Shown piece after piece: positions 27,099 through 36,113 of a stretch of 61,607 nucleotides of DNA. Made by a program: the position numbers and the translations under genes. Each line of letters starts with the position of its first letter. The first letter of the stretch is position 1. The notes below the pieces were generated by a model. It did not search any database. It was not told the origin of the DNA and saw nothing but the letters and a program-made list of their open reading frames with translations. Source of the stretch: a virus (Duplodnaviria > Caudoviricetes); the IMG/VR virus record IMGVR_UViG_3300048029_000244, positions 1-61,607 of that record. The stretch is one strand, 5' to 3'.

Positions 27099-28501
27099 TG
27101 ACGTTTCAAGAGGCACATGATTTGATAGACTTGCTGTTAGATAAAGCAGATCAAGCATATTTTACAACAACAGAAAAGGATAAGTTTCTTACTATGGCTA
27201 TTATGGAGTGGTATGAAAAAGTAGTTTCAGATTATGGAAACAATCCAAGTCAAGATCATCATGAGGCAGCTAAATATATTGTATCAGAAGTAAAAACTTT
27301 TAAAGATGGTAACGGTAGTATAAGAGTGCATAATAACACTTCTAACACTACTCCTTATCCTTATAATACATACATGGGATTATCTTATCCTTTATACAGT
27401 ATTATTGATATGAGAGTAAGAACTAGTTCAAGCGCTTCTTGGGAAAGTGTTAATCCAGCTCCTCCTGGTGTTGTAAATGACAATGTTAGCGATCCTTTTA
27501 ATAAGCCAACATTAACTCATAGAAGATACAATATGGATGGAACTAGAATACAGGTTCATCCTAATAACGATATTTTAAATAACGATGCTAGAATTACTAT
27601 TAAAAAAACATCTGGAGCTTTAAGCAGCTATAATATATTGTTAGAAGGTAGTGGATACAGCACCACTAATTTAGTTACAAATGGAGATTTTGCTACAGAC
27701 TTATCTGGCTGGAATCCTACTTATAATGTTTCGCATGATAATGGTAAAGCTAAATTTGACATTACATCAGACCAACAAGAAATAAGACAAGAAGACATAG
27801 ATTTTAAAGACGGAAAGTGTTATCAAATAAAGTTTACTGTAGATGGAGGAACAGCAGGAGAAAAATTACAAGTCACTGATTATATTACAGGAACAGGAGG
27901 GTTAGTAGGAGCAGATAATCAGATTACATTGACTGGCTCTCAAATTGATGTAGCTATAGGGTGGAAGGCAAACGCTGATTCTGTCAAGATAAAAATTCAG
28001 ACAGAGGCTGCCCTAACGTCTGCTGTAACAATAGACAATGTAGAGGTTATGGAAGTACCAAGCATTACAGTGTTAGACAACACCGCAACCACAAAGCCTT
28101 TATTAGTGCCTATAACTCAATCAGGCTCAGTAACAAGTGTATATATACAAAACGCTGGAGTTGGCTCTACTATAAGTAGTCAAGAGGTTTTGGTTAGTGG
28201 TAGTCCAACTTCATCATCTTATTATTTAGATTATTTTAAATATCCTATATTATCTAATGTTGCTGGTGGCGCTTTTAATGAAGCTCATGAAAATCCAGGA
28301 ACATCAGATATACAGTTAGGAGCAGGTTCTTTAAGATATGGCCCAAAAGGATTTGACGATACAGCTACAGGTGTAACAAACTGGGGTTGTGGGCCAGAAG
28401 CTGCTGAGTCTATAGTTAAAAAAGCTGTAAGAATGATGACTGCAAATATAGAAAGTCCTCTTTATCAAGTAAATTCTATTGAAGAGAAACGAAGTGAATA
28501 A
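27098..28501 (+). CDS. Neck/tail ring protein with a large internal beta-domain insertion
   Basis: LLLDK....F...E.D.FL N-terminus, Y..YP and IV..AV C-terminus; internal NLVTNGDF...IDNV module. Confidence 0.65.
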   Translation: MTFQEAHDLIDLLLDKADQAYFTTTEKDKFLTMAIMEWYEKVVSDYGNNPSQDHHEAAKYIVSEVKTFKDGNGSIRVHNNTSNTTPYPYNTYMGLSYPLYSIIDMRVRTSSSASWESVNPAPPGVVNDNVSDPFNKPTLTHRRYNMDGTRIQVHPNNDILNNDARITIKKTSGALSSYNILLEGSGYSTTNLVTNGDFATDLSGWNPTYNVSHDNGKAKFDITSDQQEIRQEDIDFKDGKCYQIKFTVDGGTAGEKLQVTDYITGTGGLVGADNQITLTGSQIDVAIGWKANADSVKIKIQTEAALTSAVTIDNVEVMEVPSITVLDNTATTKPLLVPITQSGSVTSVYIQNAGVGSTISSQEVLVSGSPTSSSYYLDYFKYPILSNVAGGAFNEAHENPGTSDIQLGAGSLRYGPKGFDDTATGVTNWGCGPEAAESIVKKAVRMMTANIESPLYQVNSIEEKRSE

Positions 28502-28534
28502 TATTAAAGAGGCTCTTTTTGTTTCTCCTTGTTC

Positions 28535-28575
28535 GAAAGTAGGTGGATTCACTATCAGTGATGAAGCCTATTTTC
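28535..28575 (+). other. Intergenic stem-loop with an internal purine loop
   Basis: GAAAGTAGG/CCTATTTTC outer stem, TCAC/GTGA inner stem. Confidence 0.5.
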
Positions 28576-28587
28576 ATTTAATTTAAT

Positions 28588-28595
28588 TAACTTTG
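28588..28595 (+). promoter_or_regulatory. TAnnTTTG promoter, 4 nt before ATG
   Basis: TAACTTTG-CAAT-ATG(28600). Confidence 0.75.
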
Positions 28596-28599
28596 CAAT

Positions 28600-29247
28600 A
28601 TGGCTACGTTAAAAGAAATAGTATACAACATAAAGAATATAGCTGAGGGTGGTTTTAGTCAAGACACAGACTCTAAAATATCTACATTACAAGTAGAGTT
28701 TTTAGTGCATACATACAGAGCGCAGCTTTTATTACAATATTCTAATAACGGCAGAAAACTACATCCTGAGACTTTACAATCACATGTAGTTACTATAGAT
28801 GGTGCAGACGTAAAAAAAGTAACTTTACCAAGTCTAGTACAATTTAATAGTCAAAGAGCTATAAAAAGCATAAGAGCTAAAATAGGATCTACAGAAAATA
28901 TAGAGGTGTTTCTTTCGTCTGAAGGTATGACTACGTACTCATCGTCTAATAAATTTACAGGATTATCAAAAAAAGCTTATTTAAAAAATGGTGAGCTGCA
29001 TTTTAATTTTAACACAGATACAAGTGACACTATAACTATATTAGGATGTTTTTCTAATCCTAAAGACGTAAGCACATATGTTGATGACGATACTACAGAG
29101 TATCCATTGCCACAAGAGTTAGTTACTGTTTTAACACAGCAAATATTACAAAATGAATATAGAGTTGTTATAAACGAGCCAAGAGACAAAGAAGTAGATG
29201 GACAAACACCTAGAGAGAAAGTACAAGGACAAGTACGTCAGCGTTAA
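28600..29247 (+). CDS. Tail ring protein (crAss-type)
   Basis: TLKEIVYNI, YRAQLL, F.NP, YPLP motifs; position. Confidence 0.7.
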   Translation: MATLKEIVYNIKNIAEGGFSQDTDSKISTLQVEFLVHTYRAQLLLQYSNNGRKLHPETLQSHVVTIDGADVKKVTLPSLVQFNSQRAIKSIRAKIGSTENIEVFLSSEGMTTYSSSNKFTGLSKKAYLKNGELHFNFNTDTSDTITILGCFSNPKDVSTYVDDDTTEYPLPQELVTVLTQQILQNEYRVVINEPRDKEVDGQTPREKVQGQVRQR

Positions 29248-29620
29248 AGATATATACAAGTCTATAAAGTCTGACATAAATAATATAAGCTATACTAATT
29301 TTTATAGTATAGTAAAGACGTTTTTTGAAGAATTGATACGTGAGTTAGTCGTAGACAAAGCTACAGTTACATTACCAGCTAAAATGGGTAAAGTATATAT
29401 AAAGAAAATGCTACACAAAAGAGCTTTTCATTATAGATGCAATGTAAATGAAGTAGATAATAACGGTAAAAGGGTAGTTTATAAAGTACCGATATTAAAC
29501 GACTATTATTATAAGGTAGTTTGGTTGCGGCCAAAAAAATATAAAATGGCAAAATTAATGCCAATGGGATTTTTTAAAAAAGCTATAAAAAAAGAATTAG
29601 AAATAGGTAACGATTTTTAA
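29198..29620 (+). CDS. IHF-like protein of the crAss structural block
   Basis: F..IV..FFE......VTLP.KMG.+YI.K pattern; conserved position before the tail tubular gene. Confidence 0.7.
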   Translation: MDKHLERKYKDKYVSVKDIYKSIKSDINNISYTNFYSIVKTFFEELIRELVVDKATVTLPAKMGKVYIKKMLHKRAFHYRCNVNEVDNNGKRVVYKVPILNDYYYKVVWLRPKKYKMAKLMPMGFFKKAIKKELEIGNDF

Positions 29621-29621
29621 A

Positions 29622-30281
29622 ATGGAATTTGTATCAGTAAATAGAATTATTGCAGCAGTAGGAAGAAACCTAGGCATGTCTGACGTAAATATGTATGCAG
29701 ACTCAATAATAGAATGGTCTTTTGAAGCTGAAAAGTTTATAGGAGGACTTAATTCATTTTTAAAGCAAGAAGATGATTTAACTATATCAGGGTATAGAGC
29801 GTCTTTGCCGTCTAATATAGTTAAGGTTTTAAGTGTGTCTAAAGGTCAAACTATATTAAAACCTACACATGCATATTTTAGAGGTAACGCAACAGGCGAC
29901 GATGCAGATACCGACAATATGGTAGACAACTCTCGTTACTATATACAAGATGGATACATAAATGTTAAATGTGATGATGGAGAAAAAATTACTATATCAT
30001 CTTTAATTATACCTACAGACACAAATGGTTATCCTAAAATTAATGAAGCACATGTAGAAGCGGTAACGGCGTATTGCATGTGGATGTTAAAAAATATAGA
30101 TTACTACAATGGCAAGGCTCCTCAATATGTAGTAAATGATTTACAAAAAAGATGGATATTTTTGTGCGGTCAGGCAAGAGGTGTAGATGGTATGCCATCA
30201 TCAGCTGAGCTAACAGAAGCTGCATCATATTGGAATACATTAATACCTATTAAATCTAAAAACGGTTTAAAAAATCTATAA
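29622..30281 (+). CDS. Tail tubular/ring protein
   Basis: IIEW..EA...IG, P.D..GYP.I, EA+.AYC, W..LC.QAR. Confidence 0.75.
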   Translation: MEFVSVNRIIAAVGRNLGMSDVNMYADSIIEWSFEAEKFIGGLNSFLKQEDDLTISGYRASLPSNIVKVLSVSKGQTILKPTHAYFRGNATGDDADTDNMVDNSRYYIQDGYINVKCDDGEKITISSLIIPTDTNGYPKINEAHVEAVTAYCMWMLKNIDYYNGKAPQYVVNDLQKRWIFLCGQARGVDGMPSSAELTEAASYWNTLIPIKSKNGLKNL

Positions 30282-30284
30282 AAA

Positions 30285-33200
30285 ATGCCAGAATCTACGC
30301 CTAATACATTTCAAGGTGGTTTAAACATGGATTTAGATCCAAGGTTACAGCCTAAAGGAACTTACAGAGATGCTAACAATATTAAAGTATTAAGCACAGA
30401 GGGTAATACTTTTACAATAGAAAATATTAAAGGCACTACAGAGGTATTAAATACAGGAGAAACAGATGGTAATATAGTAGGTTATTATTCTTTTTCAGAC
30501 AAACTGGTAGTGATGCATGTTTTAGGTTCAAACAGAGACACGTCTGTTACTAAAATATTTATGTATTCGTTAAATGATAGCAATGTGTTTGTAAGCGAGC
30601 AGACAAATACTGGTGTAGACACGCACATATACTCTGCTAATATGCAAATGGATGAACGTATACCAGTTAAAATAGTAGGTTTATTAGAAAACAAATCAGT
30701 AAGAAGAATATATTGGACAGATAATGTAAATCCTGTAAGGTCTATAAACTTACAAAAAGAAGCTTATGAAATAGATACCTATCCTATATCTACAACAATA
30801 TTGCCTGTAAATAATTTAAGCTTATTACCAGAGTCTATAGTGAGCGGCCCGTATTTATCAAGCGTAATAGGCGGAACATTACCTGTTGGTGCTTATCAGT
30901 ATTGTACACAATATTTAACTTCTGATGGAGCCAAAACAGCTATAGGGCCTTTTTCTGGTATGTATCACACTACAGCAAACATAGGTAATTATGATCAGTT
31001 TGGAGGATCGCCGCAAGGGGTGGGTTCTGCTATGGGTTTTAATATAAAAATGACTAACGTAGACAATAGGTTTGAAAAAATAATTTTATACGCTTTGTTT
31101 TATGATAGTAAAGATGGTGCAACAAGATCATATAAAGTTTCCGAAAGATATTTATCAGGACAATCTACTATAAATTTTGTACATACTACATTAGATTCTG
31201 ATCAAGAAATTGGTATTAATGAAATACTAGAGCCTACTAATTCATTTGATTTAGCTAAAGATTTAGCCATAAAAGACAATATATTATTTGCAGCAAACAC
31301 GCGTAAAACAGATTCCTTTATAACAAGTGATGAATTTGATTGTCAATTGTTAAGATGGGATTATAACGGTAATCAATCTTATACGCGAGAATTATCTAGT
31401 GGAGCTTATGTAAGAACAAATCAAGGTTATAATGGTCATAGATTTTTGCCAGGCAAATATTATACTGCATATAGCAAAGGAATGAGCTCTTCTGTTAATA
31501 CTATAAGAAATACATTTTATCCTGCGAAAACAGATGGTTTTGTTATAGGAACAGCATACGAAGAAACGTTTAGTTCATCTACTACTATACAAAATTTAAA
31601 CATACATACTTCTGCGAATTTTATAAACAACGGAAGCACAAGTAGTGTAAATGAATATGAACTAGAGGATAAATTAGTATACACGTGGATTTTAAAACTA
31701 GACACAAATAATGATGGATCATACGATAAATATTGGAATGGATCTAGTTTTGTTAACTCATCATCTAGTTTTGATATAAATGGATCTGGAGCAAACTCTG
31801 TGCATAATATGTATGAAAATAGTTATGCTGTATTTTGGGATAACATAAATATAAATATTGAAGGATCTGATATTAACACACTATCTATATACAAAATAAG
31901 CGTAGAGTTAGATGCGGTTACATATGATGGACATAGCAATAATAATCCTCCTCAAAGTATAGTAACATCACATAATTATACTAGTAGTTTATTCGGTTTG
32001 CAAATTGTATCGGCTCAAGGTTTATCGTCTGAAGGAGGATATTCTTACAACATATTAACTACTGTGCCAGTAGATGAAGCAAACAATGTAGATAAATTAT
32101 GCAGAGTTTTAGGAGCGCAATCCGCAGGATTTGGTGTAGGAGCAGGAGTTAGAATGTCATTTGCTACTACATACAAAGAATCAGATAATATATCAGGACA
32201 AGCAGACGATTTTCCTTTTATAAGCGCAAACGAAAGTATACCTGATTTAGATGTAAATAATGTAGATTCTAAAATATTTACTTCTACAGCTTCTGTGTCT
32301 AATAAAGATCCATTAATGATGAGTCTTAAAGGATATAAAAGAGGTGAAATATATAGATTTGGTATTTTATTTTATGATAAAAAAGGAAATCCTATAAATA
32401 CTTTATGGATGGGAGATGTACAAATGCCTTATCATGATGATAGAAATTTAGAGCTTGTACATACATTTGAACATAGAAGCCCTACAGATAGTTCTCCAGT
32501 TGCTGTAGTATACGCTAAGCCTCCAAGAAAAAATGGAATTGCGGTGGCTGAAGATTATAGATTAGATGTAGTTGAGGGTATAGCTGTTCCTGGATATGTA
32601 GACACTTATGAGTTTGTTGATGAGCCAGAATACCATGTAGACACTAACAATAAACAAAATTATTTATATCCTTGTATTAGTCAAAATGAAGCAGATACAA
32701 GAAGTTTTAGCCATTTAACTTTAGACTTAGTTTGTAAATTTGAAGTAAAATTACCACAATCTGTAATAGACAAAGTATCAGGATTTAGAATAGTTAGAGC
32801 AGAACGTAGCGAAGAAGACTCTACTATTATGCAGCAAGGTTTAGCTGTGGCCGTTTCTAGAATTATACACGAAGATGATGACAGAGATATTAAAATAGGA
32901 GATTCTAATGCTGCCAACAGAAAAGCTATGAATGATACTGGTAATAAGTATAGTTCGCATTATGCGTTAGGCGAAAATATATATCCAAATGAAGCTGATG
33001 AACAAAACGGAACAAGCCCACAGTCTTATATATTTGGGAATAATTATCATCAAAATTATTCTGATGTTAGTGGTGTAGGTAGAAACTGGATGTCTCCAGC
33101 TGGTATGTTTGTGTTATACAGTCCTGATAGTTTATTTGGCGCATATCCATATAAATTTCAATCAGGAGATAGGGCTAAGTGTATAAGTGTTATTAATTTA

Positions 33201-35411
33201 AAAGATAATGTGCAATTTAGCGCAGGATCTGCTTATACATATGGCAGCACAGACACTACAACAACAAAAAGATTTTATGGAAAAAAAGAAATAAATAGCA
33301 CTGATGGACAACATGTGTACGTTGGCAAAACATATACTAATGATACTCAATTTTATAGATTAAGAAATGTAACTAAACCAGATGGTAGAAACGGAATAAA
33401 TTATTACACACAAAACAATAATGATTTTGGTCATTATTATAATGGCGACGGCAACACAACAGCAAATAATGCTCAAGGCTTATTTAGCGCCAATGTTAAT
33501 TTAACAAAAGGTGTCGAGTTGTCAGAAGGAGATAGCGCTTCAAGACCTTTATCTAACAGTTCTAGATTGTTTTACAATGTTAGTATAGGTAGTTGTAAAA
33601 ATCAAGGTTTATTAGATACTGGTTTGGTTGATGCAGATGAAGATACGCATCAGGGCTATGTAGAAACATACATGAAAACACAAAGCACTGTAGGTTATGA
33701 AACTAATAAAAGTATACAAAAAGGTAATAGATGTATTTTTCTTCAAAGCGATACTGGCAGAGTTCGTGTGCCTAATTTAAATAGGGCTTTATTAGGAGAT
33801 GCAAAAATATTATGGAATAATACTTATAGGATTAAAAAAATACCAAGTTATGCTTTAGTAGAAATAAAAAAATCTACATCAGAAGCTTCTTCTATATATG
33901 GTGGAGTACAAGATGATTCTTTATACGCCACTAGATACATACAGGCAGGCGAGTTTACTAGAGTATCGTCTAGTCACACACCTAGTACAAACTTCAAACA
34001 AACTGTAGCAGGTGGAGACACATTTGTAAGTATATTTTCGCATCAGTTAACTATGTCTCATTTTCATCCAGATGGATCTTCAGCTAAAGTAATAACTTTT
34101 CCTGTAGAGTCTAGAGTAAATGTAGACATGAGAAGTGGACAGCATTTAGGCTCTAAATTTATAAACGCAGGATTTTTTCCAGACGTTTTACCAAATGTAA
34201 ATGATTTACTTTATAATAATATATATAGTCAAGAGCCTAATTTAAAAGGATATTTGTCTGTAAACGAAAGAAAAAGATCTCTTGATTTAAATCAACCTAA
34301 CAATATATCTTATAGTAAAACTAAACTATCTGGAGAAAGAACAGATTCTTTTAGAAGTTTTCCTATTGCTCAGTTTCATGACGTAGAAAACGTTTCAGGC
34401 GAAATAAACGCTCTAGTTAATTTTAGAGATGATTTATACTTTTTACAAGACACAGGTTTTGGAAAATTATTTATAAATTCTAGAACTTTATTAGGATCAC
34501 AAAATGATATATTATTAGGCTCTGCTAATACTATAGAAAATCACGCATATATAACTAAACAATTTGGAGGTTTACATAGGGAAGGTATAATATCTACAGA
34601 CACATCTATTTATTTTATAGATGCTGTAAATAAAAAAATACACAGATATGCAGATGGTTTTAGTACTATATCAGACAAATCTATAATGAAGTTTATGAAC
34701 GACATTATACCAGACGTGTCATCATATAAATCTAAAACATCTACAATATATTCAAGAGTGCCAGATTCGCAATTTATATTTGCGCAAGAAGCTAAAGGTG
34801 TTTCTTTAGGATATAATCAACAAGAAAAAAGAGTGTTCTTTAGTTTTGCTGATTATCAAAATAGTCAAATAAACAAAAAAACTATAACCTATAATGAATT
34901 TATGAATGCATTTGAAAGTAAATTAGATGCATTTCCACCTTTATGGATAACGCATAATGGTAAATTGTATTGCCATGGTCGTATACAGCCAACTATGGGT
35001 AGTAGTAATGTAAATTGTAGCAAAATACATTTGTTTGATTCAGACGCTGCAAATAGAGGTAAAATGATAGATGTTACATATCCACAGGACATAGAAATTA
35101 TAGTTTCAGACTCTCCTTTAGACAGTAAAAAGTTTGACACTTGTGAAGTAATAGGAGATGTTGATAATTCTGGTGTAGTAAGTTTAACTGGGGCTACGTT
35201 TAGTACAGATAAAACAGCTGAACAGTCTACTACATTTGCTTCAGACTTAATACATAAAGTAAGAGAAGGAATTTTAAGGTTTCCTTTAAGAGGAAAATCA
35301 GCTACAAAAAGATTAGTGGGAACTTATGCTAAAATAAAATTAACAAATAATAATAACTCTAAATTTAGTATCTTTGCTATTAAGGCAAAAATTAGAAAAT
35401 CTTTTCAATAA
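30285..35411 (+). CDS. Tail stabilisation/muzzle protein
   Basis: NTFQGGLNMDLDP, IYWTDNVNP, GYKRGEIYRFGI, GGDTF, FP+ESRVN motifs; 1708 aa. Confidence 0.85.
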   Translation: MPESTPNTFQGGLNMDLDPRLQPKGTYRDANNIKVLSTEGNTFTIENIKGTTEVLNTGETDGNIVGYYSFSDKLVVMHVLGSNRDTSVTKIFMYSLNDSNVFVSEQTNTGVDTHIYSANMQMDERIPVKIVGLLENKSVRRIYWTDNVNPVRSINLQKEAYEIDTYPISTTILPVNNLSLLPESIVSGPYLSSVIGGTLPVGAYQYCTQYLTSDGAKTAIGPFSGMYHTTANIGNYDQFGGSPQGVGSAMGFNIKMTNVDNRFEKIILYALFYDSKDGATRSYKVSERYLSGQSTINFVHTTLDSDQEIGINEILEPTNSFDLAKDLAIKDNILFAANTRKTDSFITSDEFDCQLLRWDYNGNQSYTRELSSGAYVRTNQGYNGHRFLPGKYYTAYSKGMSSSVNTIRNTFYPAKTDGFVIGTAYEETFSSSTTIQNLNIHTSANFINNGSTSSVNEYELEDKLVYTWILKLDTNNDGSYDKYWNGSSFVNSSSSFDINGSGANSVHNMYENSYAVFWDNININIEGSDINTLSIYKISVELDAVTYDGHSNNNPPQSIVTSHNYTSSLFGLQIVSAQGLSSEGGYSYNILTTVPVDEANNVDKLCRVLGAQSAGFGVGAGVRMSFATTYKESDNISGQADDFPFISANESIPDLDVNNVDSKIFTSTASVSNKDPLMMSLKGYKRGEIYRFGILFYDKKGNPINTLWMGDVQMPYHDDRNLELVHTFEHRSPTDSSPVAVVYAKPPRKNGIAVAEDYRLDVVEGIAVPGYVDTYEFVDEPEYHVDTNNKQNYLYPCISQNEADTRSFSHLTLDLVCKFEVKLPQSVIDKVSGFRIVRAERSEEDSTIMQQGLAVAVSRIIHEDDDRDIKIGDSNAANRKAMNDTGNKYSSHYALGENIYPNEADEQNGTSPQSYIFGNNYHQNYSDVSGVGRNWMSPAGMFVLYSPDSLFGAYPYKFQSGDRAKCISVINLKDNVQFSAGSAYTYGSTDTTTTKRFYGKKEINSTDGQHVYVGKTYTNDTQFYRLRNVTKPDGRNGINYYTQNNNDFGHYYNGDGNTTANNAQGLFSANVNLTKGVELSEGDSASRPLSNSSRLFYNVSIGSCKNQGLLDTGLVDADEDTHQGYVETYMKTQSTVGYETNKSIQKGNRCIFLQSDTGRVRVPNLNRALLGDAKILWNNTYRIKKIPSYALVEIKKSTSEASSIYGGVQDDSLYATRYIQAGEFTRVSSSHTPSTNFKQTVAGGDTFVSIFSHQLTMSHFHPDGSSAKVITFPVESRVNVDMRSGQHLGSKFINAGFFPDVLPNVNDLLYNNIYSQEPNLKGYLSVNERKRSLDLNQPNNISYSKTKLSGERTDSFRSFPIAQFHDVENVSGEINALVNFRDDLYFLQDTGFGKLFINSRTLLGSQNDILLGSANTIENHAYITKQFGGLHREGIISTDTSIYFIDAVNKKIHRYADGFSTISDKSIMKFMNDIIPDVSSYKSKTSTIYSRVPDSQFIFAQEAKGVSLGYNQQEKRVFFSFADYQNSQINKKTITYNEFMNAFESKLDAFPPLWITHNGKLYCHGRIQPTMGSSNVNCSKIHLFDSDAANRGKMIDVTYPQDIEIIVSDSPLDSKKFDTCEVIGDVDNSGVVSLTGATFSTDKTAEQSTTFASDLIHKVREGILRFPLRGKSATKRLVGTYAKIKLTNNNNSKFSIFAIKAKIRKSFQ
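35369..35376 (+). promoter_or_regulatory. Internal TAnnTTTG promoter for the cargo operon
   Basis: TATCTTTG near the 3' end of the muzzle gene, 34 nt before ATG 35411. Confidence 0.55.
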
Positions 35412-36112
35412 TGGTAGATTCACAAAATTTTGAAAATGAAGTACAACAGTTAAAGTTATTACCTCAATATTCGGGCATGTCAGATGACATGATTAGACAA
35501 ATGATTTTGCAAGAAACACCGCAAAATACATCGCAAAATACACCTTTAACAAGCGGAGATTTTGGTATGTCTACAGACAATCAAATAAATTACGGATCTA
35601 CTAGTGAATATCCTATGATGTCTACTTATGATTTTAATCTTAATACGCAAAGTCCTAAAGGATTTGATTTAGGTAAAACTGTGGGAACAGCACAAAACAT
35701 ATATAAAACTATAGGTGGTAAAGAAGGCATAAATAAAGTTAAAAGTTTTTTAGGCTTAAGTAAAAAAGCAGATAATACTATGGGTTTAAATCTAACTAAC
35801 GCTTTACCTACAAATGGAACAGGAGGTTTATCTGGATTATTAGGAAAGTTGGGCATAGGTGGCGGAGGTGCAGGTGCAGGCGCAGGTTCAGGTGCATTAG
35901 CAGGTTTAGCGCCAGCGTTACCATTTTTAGCAGTAGGGGCTGGCTTATTAGCATTAAAAGCCAAAAAGAAAAAGAAGAAGCTTATGCAAAAAATGAAAGC
36001 AGAAGAAGAATATAGAGAAAGAAAATTAGAACAAAAACAAGAGTTAATAGATGCTAATGTAGAATATATGCAAACAGCACAACAATACAATAATCCGTAC
36101 AAAATAGATTAA
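35411..36112 (+). CDS. Internal virion (ejection) protein with a Gly/Ala-rich membrane segment
   Basis: GGGGAGAGAG...LPFLAVGAGLLAL then poly-K and coiled coil. Confidence 0.65.
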   Translation: MVDSQNFENEVQQLKLLPQYSGMSDDMIRQMILQETPQNTSQNTPLTSGDFGMSTDNQINYGSTSEYPMMSTYDFNLNTQSPKGFDLGKTVGTAQNIYKTIGGKEGINKVKSFLGLSKKADNTMGLNLTNALPTNGTGGLSGLLGKLGIGGGGAGAGAGSGALAGLAPALPFLAVGAGLLALKAKKKKKKLMQKMKAEEEYRERKLEQKQELIDANVEYMQTAQQYNNPYKID

Positions 36113-36113
36113 A

